From an uncultured Thiobacillus sp. (GTDB taxonomy: Bacteria; Pseudomonadota; Gammaproteobacteria; Burkholderiales; Thiobacillaceae), in NCBI GenBank assembly GCA_964628785.1, contig CAZVNY010000002.1, positions 1 through 27,449 on the forward strand: 27,449 bases of DNA, read 5' to 3'. The notes below the pieces were generated by a model. The model was not told where the DNA came from, made no database searches, and saw nothing but the letters and a program-made list of their open reading frames with translations. Positions 1-7,406 of the stretch are shown here, one piece after another (positions within the stretch are counted from its first letter, which is position 1; every line of letters starts with the position of its first letter). A program made the translations under genes and the position numbers.

Positions 1-58
1 GCGCAAAAGTCCCGGCAAGGCCACAGCTATACTGCCGCCACCACAGCCCCGGACTGCC

Positions 59-1684
59 ATGTATCAGAGCTATTTCGGCTTGCACGAGGCGCCCTTCTCC
101 ATCGCGCCGGCGCCCCGCTACCTGTTTATGAGCCAGCGCCATCAGGAGGCCCTGGCCCATCTCCTCTACGGCATGGGGGGGGAAGGCGGCATCGTCCTGC
201 TCACCGGAGAGGTGGGTGCGGGCAAGACCACGGTGTGTCGCACCCTGCTGGAGCAGATCCCGGAAGCCTGTGACGTGGCCTACGTGTTCAACCCCAAGCT
301 CACCGTGGAGGAGCTGCTCGCCACCATCTGCAGCGAGTTCGGCATCGCCTGTCCGGCGGGCAACACCAGCATCAAGGTCTTCATCGATGCCATCAACGCC
401 TATCTCCTGGATGCCCATGCCCGGGGGCGCAACACCGTATTGATCATCGACGAGGCCCAGAACCTGTCTGCGGAGGTGCTGGAGCAGATGCGCTTGCTGA
501 CCAACCTGGAGACCAACGAACGCAAGCTGCTGCAGATCGTGCTCATCGGCCAGCCGGAGCTGGCGGACATGCTGGCCCGGCCCGAATTGCGCCAACTGGC
601 CCAGCGCATCGTGGCCCGCTACCACCTGGCGCCCCTGAGCAAACCGGAGGTGGGCACCTACATCCGTCATCGCCTGGAGGTGGCCGGCACCCAGCGCCAA
701 CTCTTCCCCCAGTCCCTCATGGGTCTGGTGTATCGCTTGAGTGGCGGCATTCCCCGGGTCATCAACCTGCTCTGCGACCGGGCCCTGCTGGGGGCCTATG
801 CCCAGGGCAAGGAGCGGGTGGATCGTCGCACCCTGCTGCGGGCGGCGCGGGAGGTTTCACCCTTGACCAGCACGTCCAGGGGCCGCTGGTGGCAGTTGGC
901 GGCCCTGGCCCTGGCGTTGTCGTTGCTGGTGGGAGCTGCCCTGCTCGGCCTTTGGTCCGGCAAAAAGGATGCGGCCCCGGAGCCGGCAACGGTGGCCCGG
1001 GTTGGCGTGGCCGCCGACAAGCCGAAGACCGGGTCCCAGGATGTGCTGGCGGGCACGCCCCTGAGCTGGCCGGCGGGCCTGCCCCGCAGTCAAAGCGAAT
1101 CCCGGGCCTATGCCGCCCTGTTCCACAGCTGGGGAGTGACTTATCCGGGGGGGGATCCCTGTGGCTTGGCCGAGGCCCAGGGCCTGCGTTGCCGGTCCGC
1201 CCGGGGGGGCCTGGATGAATTGCGCCAGCTCAACCGACCTGCGGTGCTGCGGCTCAATGCCCCGGATGGAGGCACGTTCTTTGCTGCCCTGATTCGTCTC
1301 GGGCCCCGCAGCGCCACATTTTCCCTGGCGGGCGAAAAGCGCTCCCTCGCCCTGGGTGTTCTGGCGGCGCAATGGTCTGGTGATTACAGCCTGTTCTGGC
1401 GCTGGCCCCAGGCCGTGCAGGGCACCCTGCGTCCCGGCGACCGGGGGCCAGGGGTGGTCTGGCTGCGCGCCCAGCTGGCCCGTATCCAGGGCGAGAAGGG
1501 TGGGAAGAGGGATGCAGCCGGTCCTGCCGAGCTCTTCGACGATGCCCTGGTGGCCCGGGTGAAACTCTTCCAGCTGGAACAGGGCCTGAATCCGGATGGG
1601 TCCGTGGGACCCCAAACCCTGATCCGGCTGGCGAATGCGGTGGATGACGGTGCCCCCAGCCTGGATACCGATGCTGGAGACTGA
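59..1684 (+). CDS. exeA: ExeA/GspA-type AAA ATPase with TM segment and C-terminal peptidoglycan-binding domain
   Basis: N-terminus MYQSYFGLHEAPFSIAP, Walker A GEVGAGKTT, Walker B IIDEAQNL, hydrophobic segment (LAALALALSLLVGAALLGLW), C-terminal PG_binding_1-like FQLEQGLNPDGSVGPQT; followed by exeB. Confidence 0.9.
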   Translation: MYQSYFGLHEAPFSIAPAPRYLFMSQRHQEALAHLLYGMGGEGGIVLLTGEVGAGKTTVCRTLLEQIPEACDVAYVFNPKLTVEELLATICSEFGIACPAGNTSIKVFIDAINAYLLDAHARGRNTVLIIDEAQNLSAEVLEQMRLLTNLETNERKLLQIVLIGQPELADMLARPELRQLAQRIVARYHLAPLSKPEVGTYIRHRLEVAGTQRQLFPQSLMGLVYRLSGGIPRVINLLCDRALLGAYAQGKERVDRRTLLRAAREVSPLTSTSRGRWWQLAALALALSLLVGAALLGLWSGKKDAAPEPATVARVGVAADKPKTGSQDVLAGTPLSWPAGLPRSQSESRAYAALFHSWGVTYPGGDPCGLAEAQGLRCRSARGGLDELRQLNRPAVLRLNAPDGGTFFAALIRLGPRSATFSLAGEKRSLALGVLAAQWSGDYSLFWRWPQAVQGTLRPGDRGPGVVWLRAQLARIQGEKGGKRDAAGPAELFDDALVARVKLFQLEQGLNPDGSVGPQTLIRLANAVDDGAPSLDTDAGD

Positions 1685-1686
1685 GC

Positions 1687-2433
1687 ATGTCCTACATCCT
1701 GGATGCCCTGAGAAAGGCCGACCAGCAGCGTAAGCACGGCAGTGTCCCCACCCTGCCCGGCAGCCAGGGGGCCGCCGCTGCAACGTCCCGCAGCGTCTGG
1801 CCCCGTAATCTGGGGCTGGCTGCCCTGGTGCTGCTCTTCGGTATGGCCATAGGCTGGCTGCAACCCTGGCGTGGGCAATCTGCCACTCCGGCCCCCGCCC
1901 CCTCTGCAAGCGGGCCGAAGCCGCCGTCGGCTGGATCGGAGCAGCGTCCCCAGACCTTGGCTGTGCCCGCCGCCGGAGCGTCCGGGTTGGCCGTGCCGGC
2001 CGGATCGCCCCCTTCGGCGCCGATGCATGCCCGCTCCGGGACAACGGCCACGGCAAGCCCCGATGTCCGCCCTGGAAGCCAACAGATTCCCCCCATGCCT
2101 GCGGGGTCCGTGACCTTTGCCCCCTCCGGCGGGGAGGCAGGGGACATGGCCCCGATCCCGGCGCCCGATGCAGCCGCTCGGGATGCGCGCCCTGCCGGAA
2201 AAAGAGTTTTGCCCCTGCAGGAGCTGCCGGCCTCCGTGCGTCAGGGCATCCCCAATCTGGTGATTGCCTTCCATGCCTACAGTCCCCGACCAGTGGAGCG
2301 CCGTGTCATGGTGAACAACGAGCTCCTGCGCCAGGGGGATGCACTGGCTGGGGGCCTGCAGCTGGAGGAAATCACCCCGGATGGGGTGGTGTTCAGCTAC
2401 CGGGGCCATCGTTTCGCGCAGGCCGTGCGTTGA
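1687..2433 (+). CDS. exeB: ExeB/GspB (T2SS protein B)
   Basis: Canonical N-terminus MSYILDALRKADQQR, one TM helix, Pro/Ala-rich linker, C-terminal T2SSB-like domain (HAYSPRPVERRVMVNNELLRQGD...LEEITPDGVVFSYRG); starts 2 bp after the exeA stop. Confidence 0.88.
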   Translation: MSYILDALRKADQQRKHGSVPTLPGSQGAAAATSRSVWPRNLGLAALVLLFGMAIGWLQPWRGQSATPAPAPSASGPKPPSAGSEQRPQTLAVPAAGASGLAVPAGSPPSAPMHARSGTTATASPDVRPGSQQIPPMPAGSVTFAPSGGEAGDMAPIPAPDAAARDARPAGKRVLPLQELPASVRQGIPNLVIAFHAYSPRPVERRVMVNNELLRQGDALAGGLQLEEITPDGVVFSYRGHRFAQAVR

Positions 2434-2443
2434 CGGCCCCGGC

Positions 2444-3676
2444 CTAATTGCCTGCGCGCGCGGTCTCCTGCGCCGAGGCATCCATGGGTGCGGCAGCCAG
2501 GGTCTGCTGCATGTGTTCCAGCAGGCTCAGGGAAGGATAGCCGTCCGCCGGCAGGCCGTTCTGGCGCTGGTAGCTGCGGATGGCGGCCTTGGTCTGGCTG
2601 CCCAGCACCCCGTCGGTCTCACCCTGGTAGAGGCCCAGTTGCTTCAACTCCGCCTGCAGGGTCTGGGCTTCGGCCCGGGGGATGGGGCGGTTGTCGGCGC
2701 TGCGCCCATTTTGTATGCCTGGCAGGCCCACCAGCTGGTCTGCCAGCAAACCCACCGTCAGGGCGTAGTTGATGGAGCGGTTCCAGGTGAGCATGGCGTC
2801 GAAATTGCGATACACCAGGAAGGCCGGGCCAGCATGGCCCTGGGGCAGCAGGAGGCTGCCGCTGATGTGCTCCAGGGCCGGCAGGGGCTTGCCGTCCGCG
2901 CGGGTCACGCCCAGCCTGCGCCAGGCCGCCACGCTTTGCTTGACCTCCGGGCCGGCCAGGGCCAGGTCGAAGCCCTTGGACAGGCGTACCTCCCTGCCCC
3001 AGATCTCGCCGCTGCGCCAGCCCAGCTCATTCAGGTAGTTGGCGGCGGAGGCAAAGGCGTCCGGCAAGGACTGCCAGATGTCCTTGCGCCCGTCGCCATC
3101 CCCATCCACGGCATAACGCCGAAAGGTGCCGGGCATGAATTGCACCTGTCCCATGGCCCCCGCCCAGGACCCTCGCATGGCTTCGGGCGTGACATGACCG
3201 GCCTGCAGGATGTCCAGGGCATCCAGCAGCTGGCTGCGGAAGAAGCTGGCGCGACGATTGTCATAGGCCAGGGTGGCCAGGGCGGCAGGCACCGGGAAGT
3301 TACCCAGGAATTTGCCGTAATGGGTCTCCAGTCCCCAGAAGGCCACCAGCACATTGGCGGGGATGCCGTACTGGCGCGCGATGCGCTGCAGCAGCGTGCC
3401 GTGCACGCGCATCAGCCTGCGGCCTTCCGCGATGCGCTCCCGGGTGACGCGGCGATCCAGGTAATTGAGAAAGGTGTCGGTGAATTCGGGCTGGCGCTGG
3501 TCCAGTTCCAGGATCCGGGGAATGGGTTCGACCTGGCCCAGGGCCGCCTCCAGGATGTCCTGGCTCACCCCCCGGGCACCGGCCTCCTGGCGCAGCTGGG
3601 CCAGCCAGGTCTGAAAATCGGTGACAGGTGCATCGGCATGGCCCGCTACCGGCAACAGGAGGGACAGGCAGCACAA
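2444..3676 (-). CDS. Lytic murein transglycosylase (MltB/SLT_2 family) with C-terminal PG-binding domain; start uncertain
   Basis: Catalytic-Glu motif WGLETHYG, GSWAGAMGQVQFMPGTF, EF-hand-like DGDGDGRKD, YNRS-like WNRSINYA, C-terminal DGVLGSQTKAAIRSYQRQNGLPADG. Annotated start is TTG; see the finding on a possible ATC start at 3724. Confidence 0.9.
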   Translation of the reverse strand: MCCLSLLLPVAGHADAPVTDFQTWLAQLRQEAGARGVSQDILEAALGQVEPIPRILELDQRQPEFTDTFLNYLDRRVTRERIAEGRRLMRVHGTLLQRIARQYGIPANVLVAFWGLETHYGKFLGNFPVPAALATLAYDNRRASFFRSQLLDALDILQAGHVTPEAMRGSWAGAMGQVQFMPGTFRRYAVDGDGDGRKDIWQSLPDAFASAANYLNELGWRSGEIWGREVRLSKGFDLALAGPEVKQSVAAWRRLGVTRADGKPLPALEHISGSLLLPQGHAGPAFLVYRNFDAMLTWNRSINYALTVGLLADQLVGLPGIQNGRSADNRPIPRAEAQTLQAELKQLGLYQGETDGVLGSQTKAAIRSYQRQNGLPADGYPSLSLLEHMQQTLAAAPMDASAQETARAGN

Positions 3677-3818
3677 CAGATGTGCAAAGCGGCGCGGGAA
3701 ACGGCTGGGTTGCGGGGTAACGATCTCTTGTCTCCGGTTTGTCTGTTTTTTTCAGGGTACAGGAAACCGGCAGAGGGCACGGGGCAGCTTGTGCCGGTCC
3801 TCGGTCATCCACCCAGTA

Positions 3819-4069
3819 TCAGGTGTCCCGCTCCCAACAGGGGTTCGGACCCAGGCGGACGGTGAGGAAGTCGATGCAGGCCCGGGTCTTGGCCGGGAGA
3901 TGGCGGGTGCTGCGCTTGAGCAGACGTGCCCCCAGGCCTTTTCCAGTTTGGCCACCGCCTTGCGCACGGCGGAGCGCGACATGCCCAGACGAGGCGCCGC
4001 TTCGGACAGGCTGCCGGCCTTGGCCACATGGACAAATAGGGCCATCAATTTCAAATCCTGTATGGGCAC
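3819..4069 (-). pseudogene. LysR-family (CrgA/DmlR-like) regulator remnant: frameshifted and internally deleted
   Basis: GTG-started HTH (LFVHVAKAGSLSEAAPRLGMSRSAVRKAVAKLEK). After a frameshift near 3935 it reads LGARLLKRSTR joined directly to the typical LysR C-terminal tail HLPAKTRACIDFLTVRLGPNPCWERDT* (TGA at 3821-3819). The effector-binding domain is missing. Confidence 0.85.
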
Positions 4070-4153
4070 GTGTCGCTTGTATGGAAACAGTATTGTGTAT
4101 ATCTTGGGCCTACTCTCTCCGCAACAGGCTCCCTATGATCAATAGGGAAAATC

Positions 4154-4177
4154 ACCGCCGCCCCTTTGGGTGGCGGT
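4154..4177 (+). terminator. Terminator/attenuator-like hairpin upstream of rnk
   Basis: ACCGCCGCCC-CTTT-GGGTGGCGGT: 10-bp stem with one G-U pair, followed by only a short T run. Confidence 0.35.
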
Positions 4178-4199
4178 TTGGCATGGATGGAATTTGGCT

Positions 4200-4589
4200 A
4201 TGAATTTTGAAGAGTTGTTGATTTCCGCCCAGGACTTTGCCCAGCTGATGCCCCTGGCGGAAGGCCTGGAGCTGGCAGAGGAACTGAGCCGCGCCACTGT
4301 CCTCCCGGAGGACCGCATGCCCGCGGACATCGTGCGCATGCACTCCCGGGTTACCTATGTGGATGAAACCTCGGGTGAGCACCGGGAAGTGGAGCTGGTC
4401 TATCCCAATGAAGTGGATCTGCCCAAGGGCCGGGTCTCGGTGCTCTCCCCCGTGGGCTCGGCCCTGTTGGGCCTGCGGGTGGGCCAGACCATAGACTGGC
4501 CCTTTCCGGATGGACGCCCGCGACGCCTGCGTGTGTCCCATACCCAGGCCCCGGCGCCGCAAACGGACGCAGGTTCGGCAAATACATAA
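4200..4589 (+). CDS. rnk: Nucleoside diphosphate kinase regulator Rnk (GreA/GreB C-terminal domain family)
   Basis: MPADIVRMHSRVTYVD, LVYPNE and VSVLSPVGSALLGLRVGQTIDWPFPDG match the Rnk/Gre C-domain signature; the N-terminal coiled coil is short as in Rnk. ATG 4200 preferred over GTG 4170. Confidence 0.85.
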   Translation: MNFEELLISAQDFAQLMPLAEGLELAEELSRATVLPEDRMPADIVRMHSRVTYVDETSGEHREVELVYPNEVDLPKGRVSVLSPVGSALLGLRVGQTIDWPFPDGRPRRLRVSHTQAPAPQTDAGSANT

Positions 4590-4594
4590 ACAGG

Positions 4595-5116
4595 ATGCGC
4601 GCTGAGTTTCCGGTCGAATTACTTGCCAGGCACCCCAGTCACGATATTCAGCAGGACTTCGCTCAGCGGGCCATGGAGCTGTTGCCACCCTCCGAGGTGC
4701 ATGGTCTGCATGCATTGCCCACGGGCCTGCTGATCCAGGCCTGTGACGAGGAAACCCTGGCCGGACCCGTGGCCATCTTGCAGGATGTCTATGGTGGACA
4801 TCTGCATCTGTCATCCCCCCGGCCACGCCTGCTGTTTCTGGATGGCTATTGGTGTGAGCCGGTCATGGTCCTGCGCGTGCGTGTAAGACGCAAATATGCC
4901 GATGCCGTGCTGCGGGACCTGCTGCAGCGGGAGGCCCTGCTCTTGGAGCAGGACGCACAGTTCGAAGCCGTGGTGCTACGGGCCCAGGCCCCCATGAGCC
5001 GTTTGCTGGGCTATGGCCAGGACCTGGCGGCCCTGAGCGAGTCCAGTGGCATACATTGGATCTGGTTGGACAACTACTGTCCCATGGCCAGCCCGCCGAA
5101 AGATCTGGCGGCCTGA
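4595..5116 (+). CDS. Stand-alone protein resembling EF-G/LepA domains III and V, with no GTPase domain
   Basis: The C-half EPVMVLRVRVRRKYADAVLRDLLQRE...VLRAQAPMSRLLGYGQDLAALSESSG...LDNYCP aligns by eye with EFG_C (EPVMxVEVxxPxEYxGxVxGDLxxRR...IxAxVPLxEMFGYATDLRSxTxGRG...FxHY). The N-half GLLIQACDEETLAGPVAILQDVYG...SSPRP resembles domain III. Confidence 0.7.
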   Translation: MRAEFPVELLARHPSHDIQQDFAQRAMELLPPSEVHGLHALPTGLLIQACDEETLAGPVAILQDVYGGHLHLSSPRPRLLFLDGYWCEPVMVLRVRVRRKYADAVLRDLLQREALLLEQDAQFEAVVLRAQAPMSRLLGYGQDLAALSESSGIHWIWLDNYCPMASPPKDLAA

Positions 5117-5159
5117 CACCCCCCCTGTCTTGCTGTCGGTTTGTGACCGATGAGCGGCC

Positions 5160-5894
5160 TCAACGCCCCCGACCCAGGGCCAGGCGGGCGAAGCGCCGTG
5201 TGATGAGGGCGGCCGCCGGGGTGTCTTCCACGCCTTCCCGCAGCGCATGCCAGTTCTTTTTCGGGGCGTTGGGCTTGTCGGCCCAGCGTTGCACATAGGC
5301 GCGCATGGCCGCGGTATCGAATTCCGGGTGAAACTGCACGCCCCAGGCCCGTTTGCCGACCCGGAAGGCATGGTGGGGTTCCTGCCGGCTGTGGGCCAGA
5401 TGCACCGCACCGGCAGGCAGACGCCGGGCCGATTGCACGTGACTGGCATGGGCTGGGAAACGGGCGGGCAGGGCATGGAACAGGGGATCGTCCCGACCCG
5501 CGTCCGTGAGGGCGACACAAACCGTGCCCACTTCCGGCTCCGGTTCCAGGTTGGCTACCTCACCCCCCAGGGCATGGGCCAGGAGCTGATGCCCATAGCA
5601 GATGCCCAGAATGGGCAGACCGGCAGGCACGGCTTGTCTCAACCAGCCCGCCAGGGCTTCACTCCATTCCGCCCTGTCCGTCACCATGGCATGGGAGCCG
5701 GAGATGATGGCACCCGCCAGATGTCTGACTGGGGGCAGGGCCTCACCCTGGGCCACGGCCACCACGATGCTGTGGTCTCGGGCCTCCCCCAGGCTGCGCA
5801 ACAGCCAGGTATCGATGTCACCCCGGTCCTGGATCATGGCTGGCCAGGTGGAGCCCATCTTGAAGATGGCCAGGGGTTTTTGTCGCGCTGCCAT
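5160..5894 (-). CDS. Class I glutamine amidotransferase (GuaA/YfeJ-like single domain)
   Basis: GAIISGS, nucleophile elbow LGICYGHQLL, and GVQFHPE His-Glu motif complete the catalytic triad. Confidence 0.9.
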   Translation of the reverse strand: MAARQKPLAIFKMGSTWPAMIQDRGDIDTWLLRSLGEARDHSIVVAVAQGEALPPVRHLAGAIISGSHAMVTDRAEWSEALAGWLRQAVPAGLPILGICYGHQLLAHALGGEVANLEPEPEVGTVCVALTDAGRDDPLFHALPARFPAHASHVQSARRLPAGAVHLAHSRQEPHHAFRVGKRAWGVQFHPEFDTAAMRAYVQRWADKPNAPKKNWHALREGVEDTPAAALITRRFARLALGRGR

Positions 5895-6101
5895 ACTCGG
5901 GGGTGCCTGTTGCTCTGAAGCTGCAATGGATTACTCAGCCATGGTAAAGGCATATCGACCCGGGAGGCAGCAAACCCGGGTAGTTTCACCCATGTGCCGC
6001 CCGGGCTGTGGTGGTCGGGCAGCATGCACAAGCCCATGGGCATGGGGATGGCTAAACTATGGCCAGTTGCTCTACCGATCCGTTTTTTTCAGGAAGACGA
6101 C

Positions 6102-7268
6102 ATGTCTCTATCGATGCGTATGGCTTGTGTTCTCGCCCTGCTTCTTACAGCAGGACCGGGCAACACTCTGGCTTCGCCTTCTGCAGCACCTGTCACAAGC
6201 TGCGGTCAGCGAGGGGACTGGATCATCCCCCAGGAGGGACAGGCCAGTACCGCCGACCCCACCCGCTTGCTGGCGGACCTGGCCCGGCGGCAGGTGGTGT
6301 TGCTGGGGGAGAGGCACGACAGCGCCGAGGATCATCGCTGGCAGCTGCATACCCTGGCCCGCCTCCAGGCCCATCAACCCAAGCTGGCCATTGCCCTGGA
6401 AATGCTGCCCCGACGCCTGCAAGGGGTGCTGGACCGCTGGGTGGCGGGAGAGCTGGGTGAGGCTGAATTCCTGACCCAGGTGGAATGGCGTCAGGTCTGG
6501 GGTTTTGATCCCGCCCTGTATCTGCCCCTGTTCCACTTTGCGCGCATGCATCGCCTGCCCCTGCTGGCGGTCAATGTGGAACGCAGCCTGGTGGACAGCG
6601 TGGGACGGGAGGGCTGGCAGCAGGTGCCGGAGGCACGACGGGAAGGGGTGGAGGTCCCGGCGCCCCCGGCAGCCGCCTATCTCGAGGAGTTGCGTCAGAT
6701 CTATGCCTATCACCCGGAACGCAGTCAGGAACCCGAGGCCTTCGCCCGTTTCGTGGAGGCCCAGACCGTTTGGGACCGGGCCATGGCCCAGGGCATGACG
6801 GATTATCTGCGTGCCCAGCCCGATGCCCTGGTGGTGGGCATCCTGGGGGCCGGACATGTGCGGCGCGGGCATGGGGTGGCGCATCAGCTCAAGGCCCTGG
6901 GGGTGGAACGGGTGGCCGGGCTCATGACCTGGGATACGCAGCATGGCTGTATGGGCATGCAGGCCGGCCTGGCGGATGCCCTCTTTCTCGAGCGTCCGCC
7001 GGCGGACGACCCACCCCGGTTGGGTATCGCCATGGGCATGGAGGGCGCTCGGGTGAAGGTCTCCGGGGTACAACCCGGCAGCGTGGCGGAGCAGGCGGGT
7101 CTGCAGGCGGGGGATCTGTTGCTGCAGATGGCGGGTCGGCCCGTCAAGAGCATGCAGGACGTGCGTGCTGTGGTGCAACGCCAGGCCCCGGGCACCTGGC
7201 TGCCCCTGCGGGTACAGCGTGACGGCCGGGAGCAGGAACTGGTGGCCCGCTTCCCCCTGGAGCCATGA
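6102..7268 (+). CDS. ChaN-like (EreA/ChaN/Tiki fold) exported protein with C-terminal PDZ domain
   Basis: AGGAAG RBS before ATG 6102, signal peptide, VVLLGERHD, LAIALEM, FVEAQTVWDRAMA and GAGHVRRGHGV motifs; PDZ RLGIAMG...VQPGSVAEQAGLQAGDLL. Confidence 0.8.
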   Translation: MSLSMRMACVLALLLTAGPGNTLASPSAAPVTSCGQRGDWIIPQEGQASTADPTRLLADLARRQVVLLGERHDSAEDHRWQLHTLARLQAHQPKLAIALEMLPRRLQGVLDRWVAGELGEAEFLTQVEWRQVWGFDPALYLPLFHFARMHRLPLLAVNVERSLVDSVGREGWQQVPEARREGVEVPAPPAAAYLEELRQIYAYHPERSQEPEAFARFVEAQTVWDRAMAQGMTDYLRAQPDALVVGILGAGHVRRGHGVAHQLKALGVERVAGLMTWDTQHGCMGMQAGLADALFLERPPADDPPRLGIAMGMEGARVKVSGVQPGSVAEQAGLQAGDLLLQMAGRPVKSMQDVRAVVQRQAPGTWLPLRVQRDGREQELVARFPLEP

Positions 7269-7404
7269 GCCTAAAAACCGCAGTGGATCGCGCAATTTTC
7301 TTACGGACATCGCATGCATGCTGAATTTTATGGCTTCACTCGCCGTCACCTGTTGGGTGGACCCGCTACGCAGCATCGGGCGCGTCCAACTGCGGTTTTT
7401 AGGC
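7269..7404. mobile_element. 136-bp MITE-like insertion with 16-bp perfect terminal inverted repeats and 3-bp TGA target duplication
   Basis: GCCTAAAAACCGCAGT (7269-7284) and ACTGCGGTTTTTAGGC (7389-7404) are exact reverse complements; flanked by TGA at 7266-7268 and 7405-7407; no transposase. Confidence 0.8.
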
Positions 7405-7406
7405 TG

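Noticed and set aside
5834-6043. 69-aa minus-strand ORF (MPMGLCMLPDHHSPGGTW...) and local CCCGGG palindromes; considered as small gene or riboswitch
   Set aside because: Overlaps the amidotransferase start in another frame, no RBS or recognisable family, and no riboswitch consensus I can identify.
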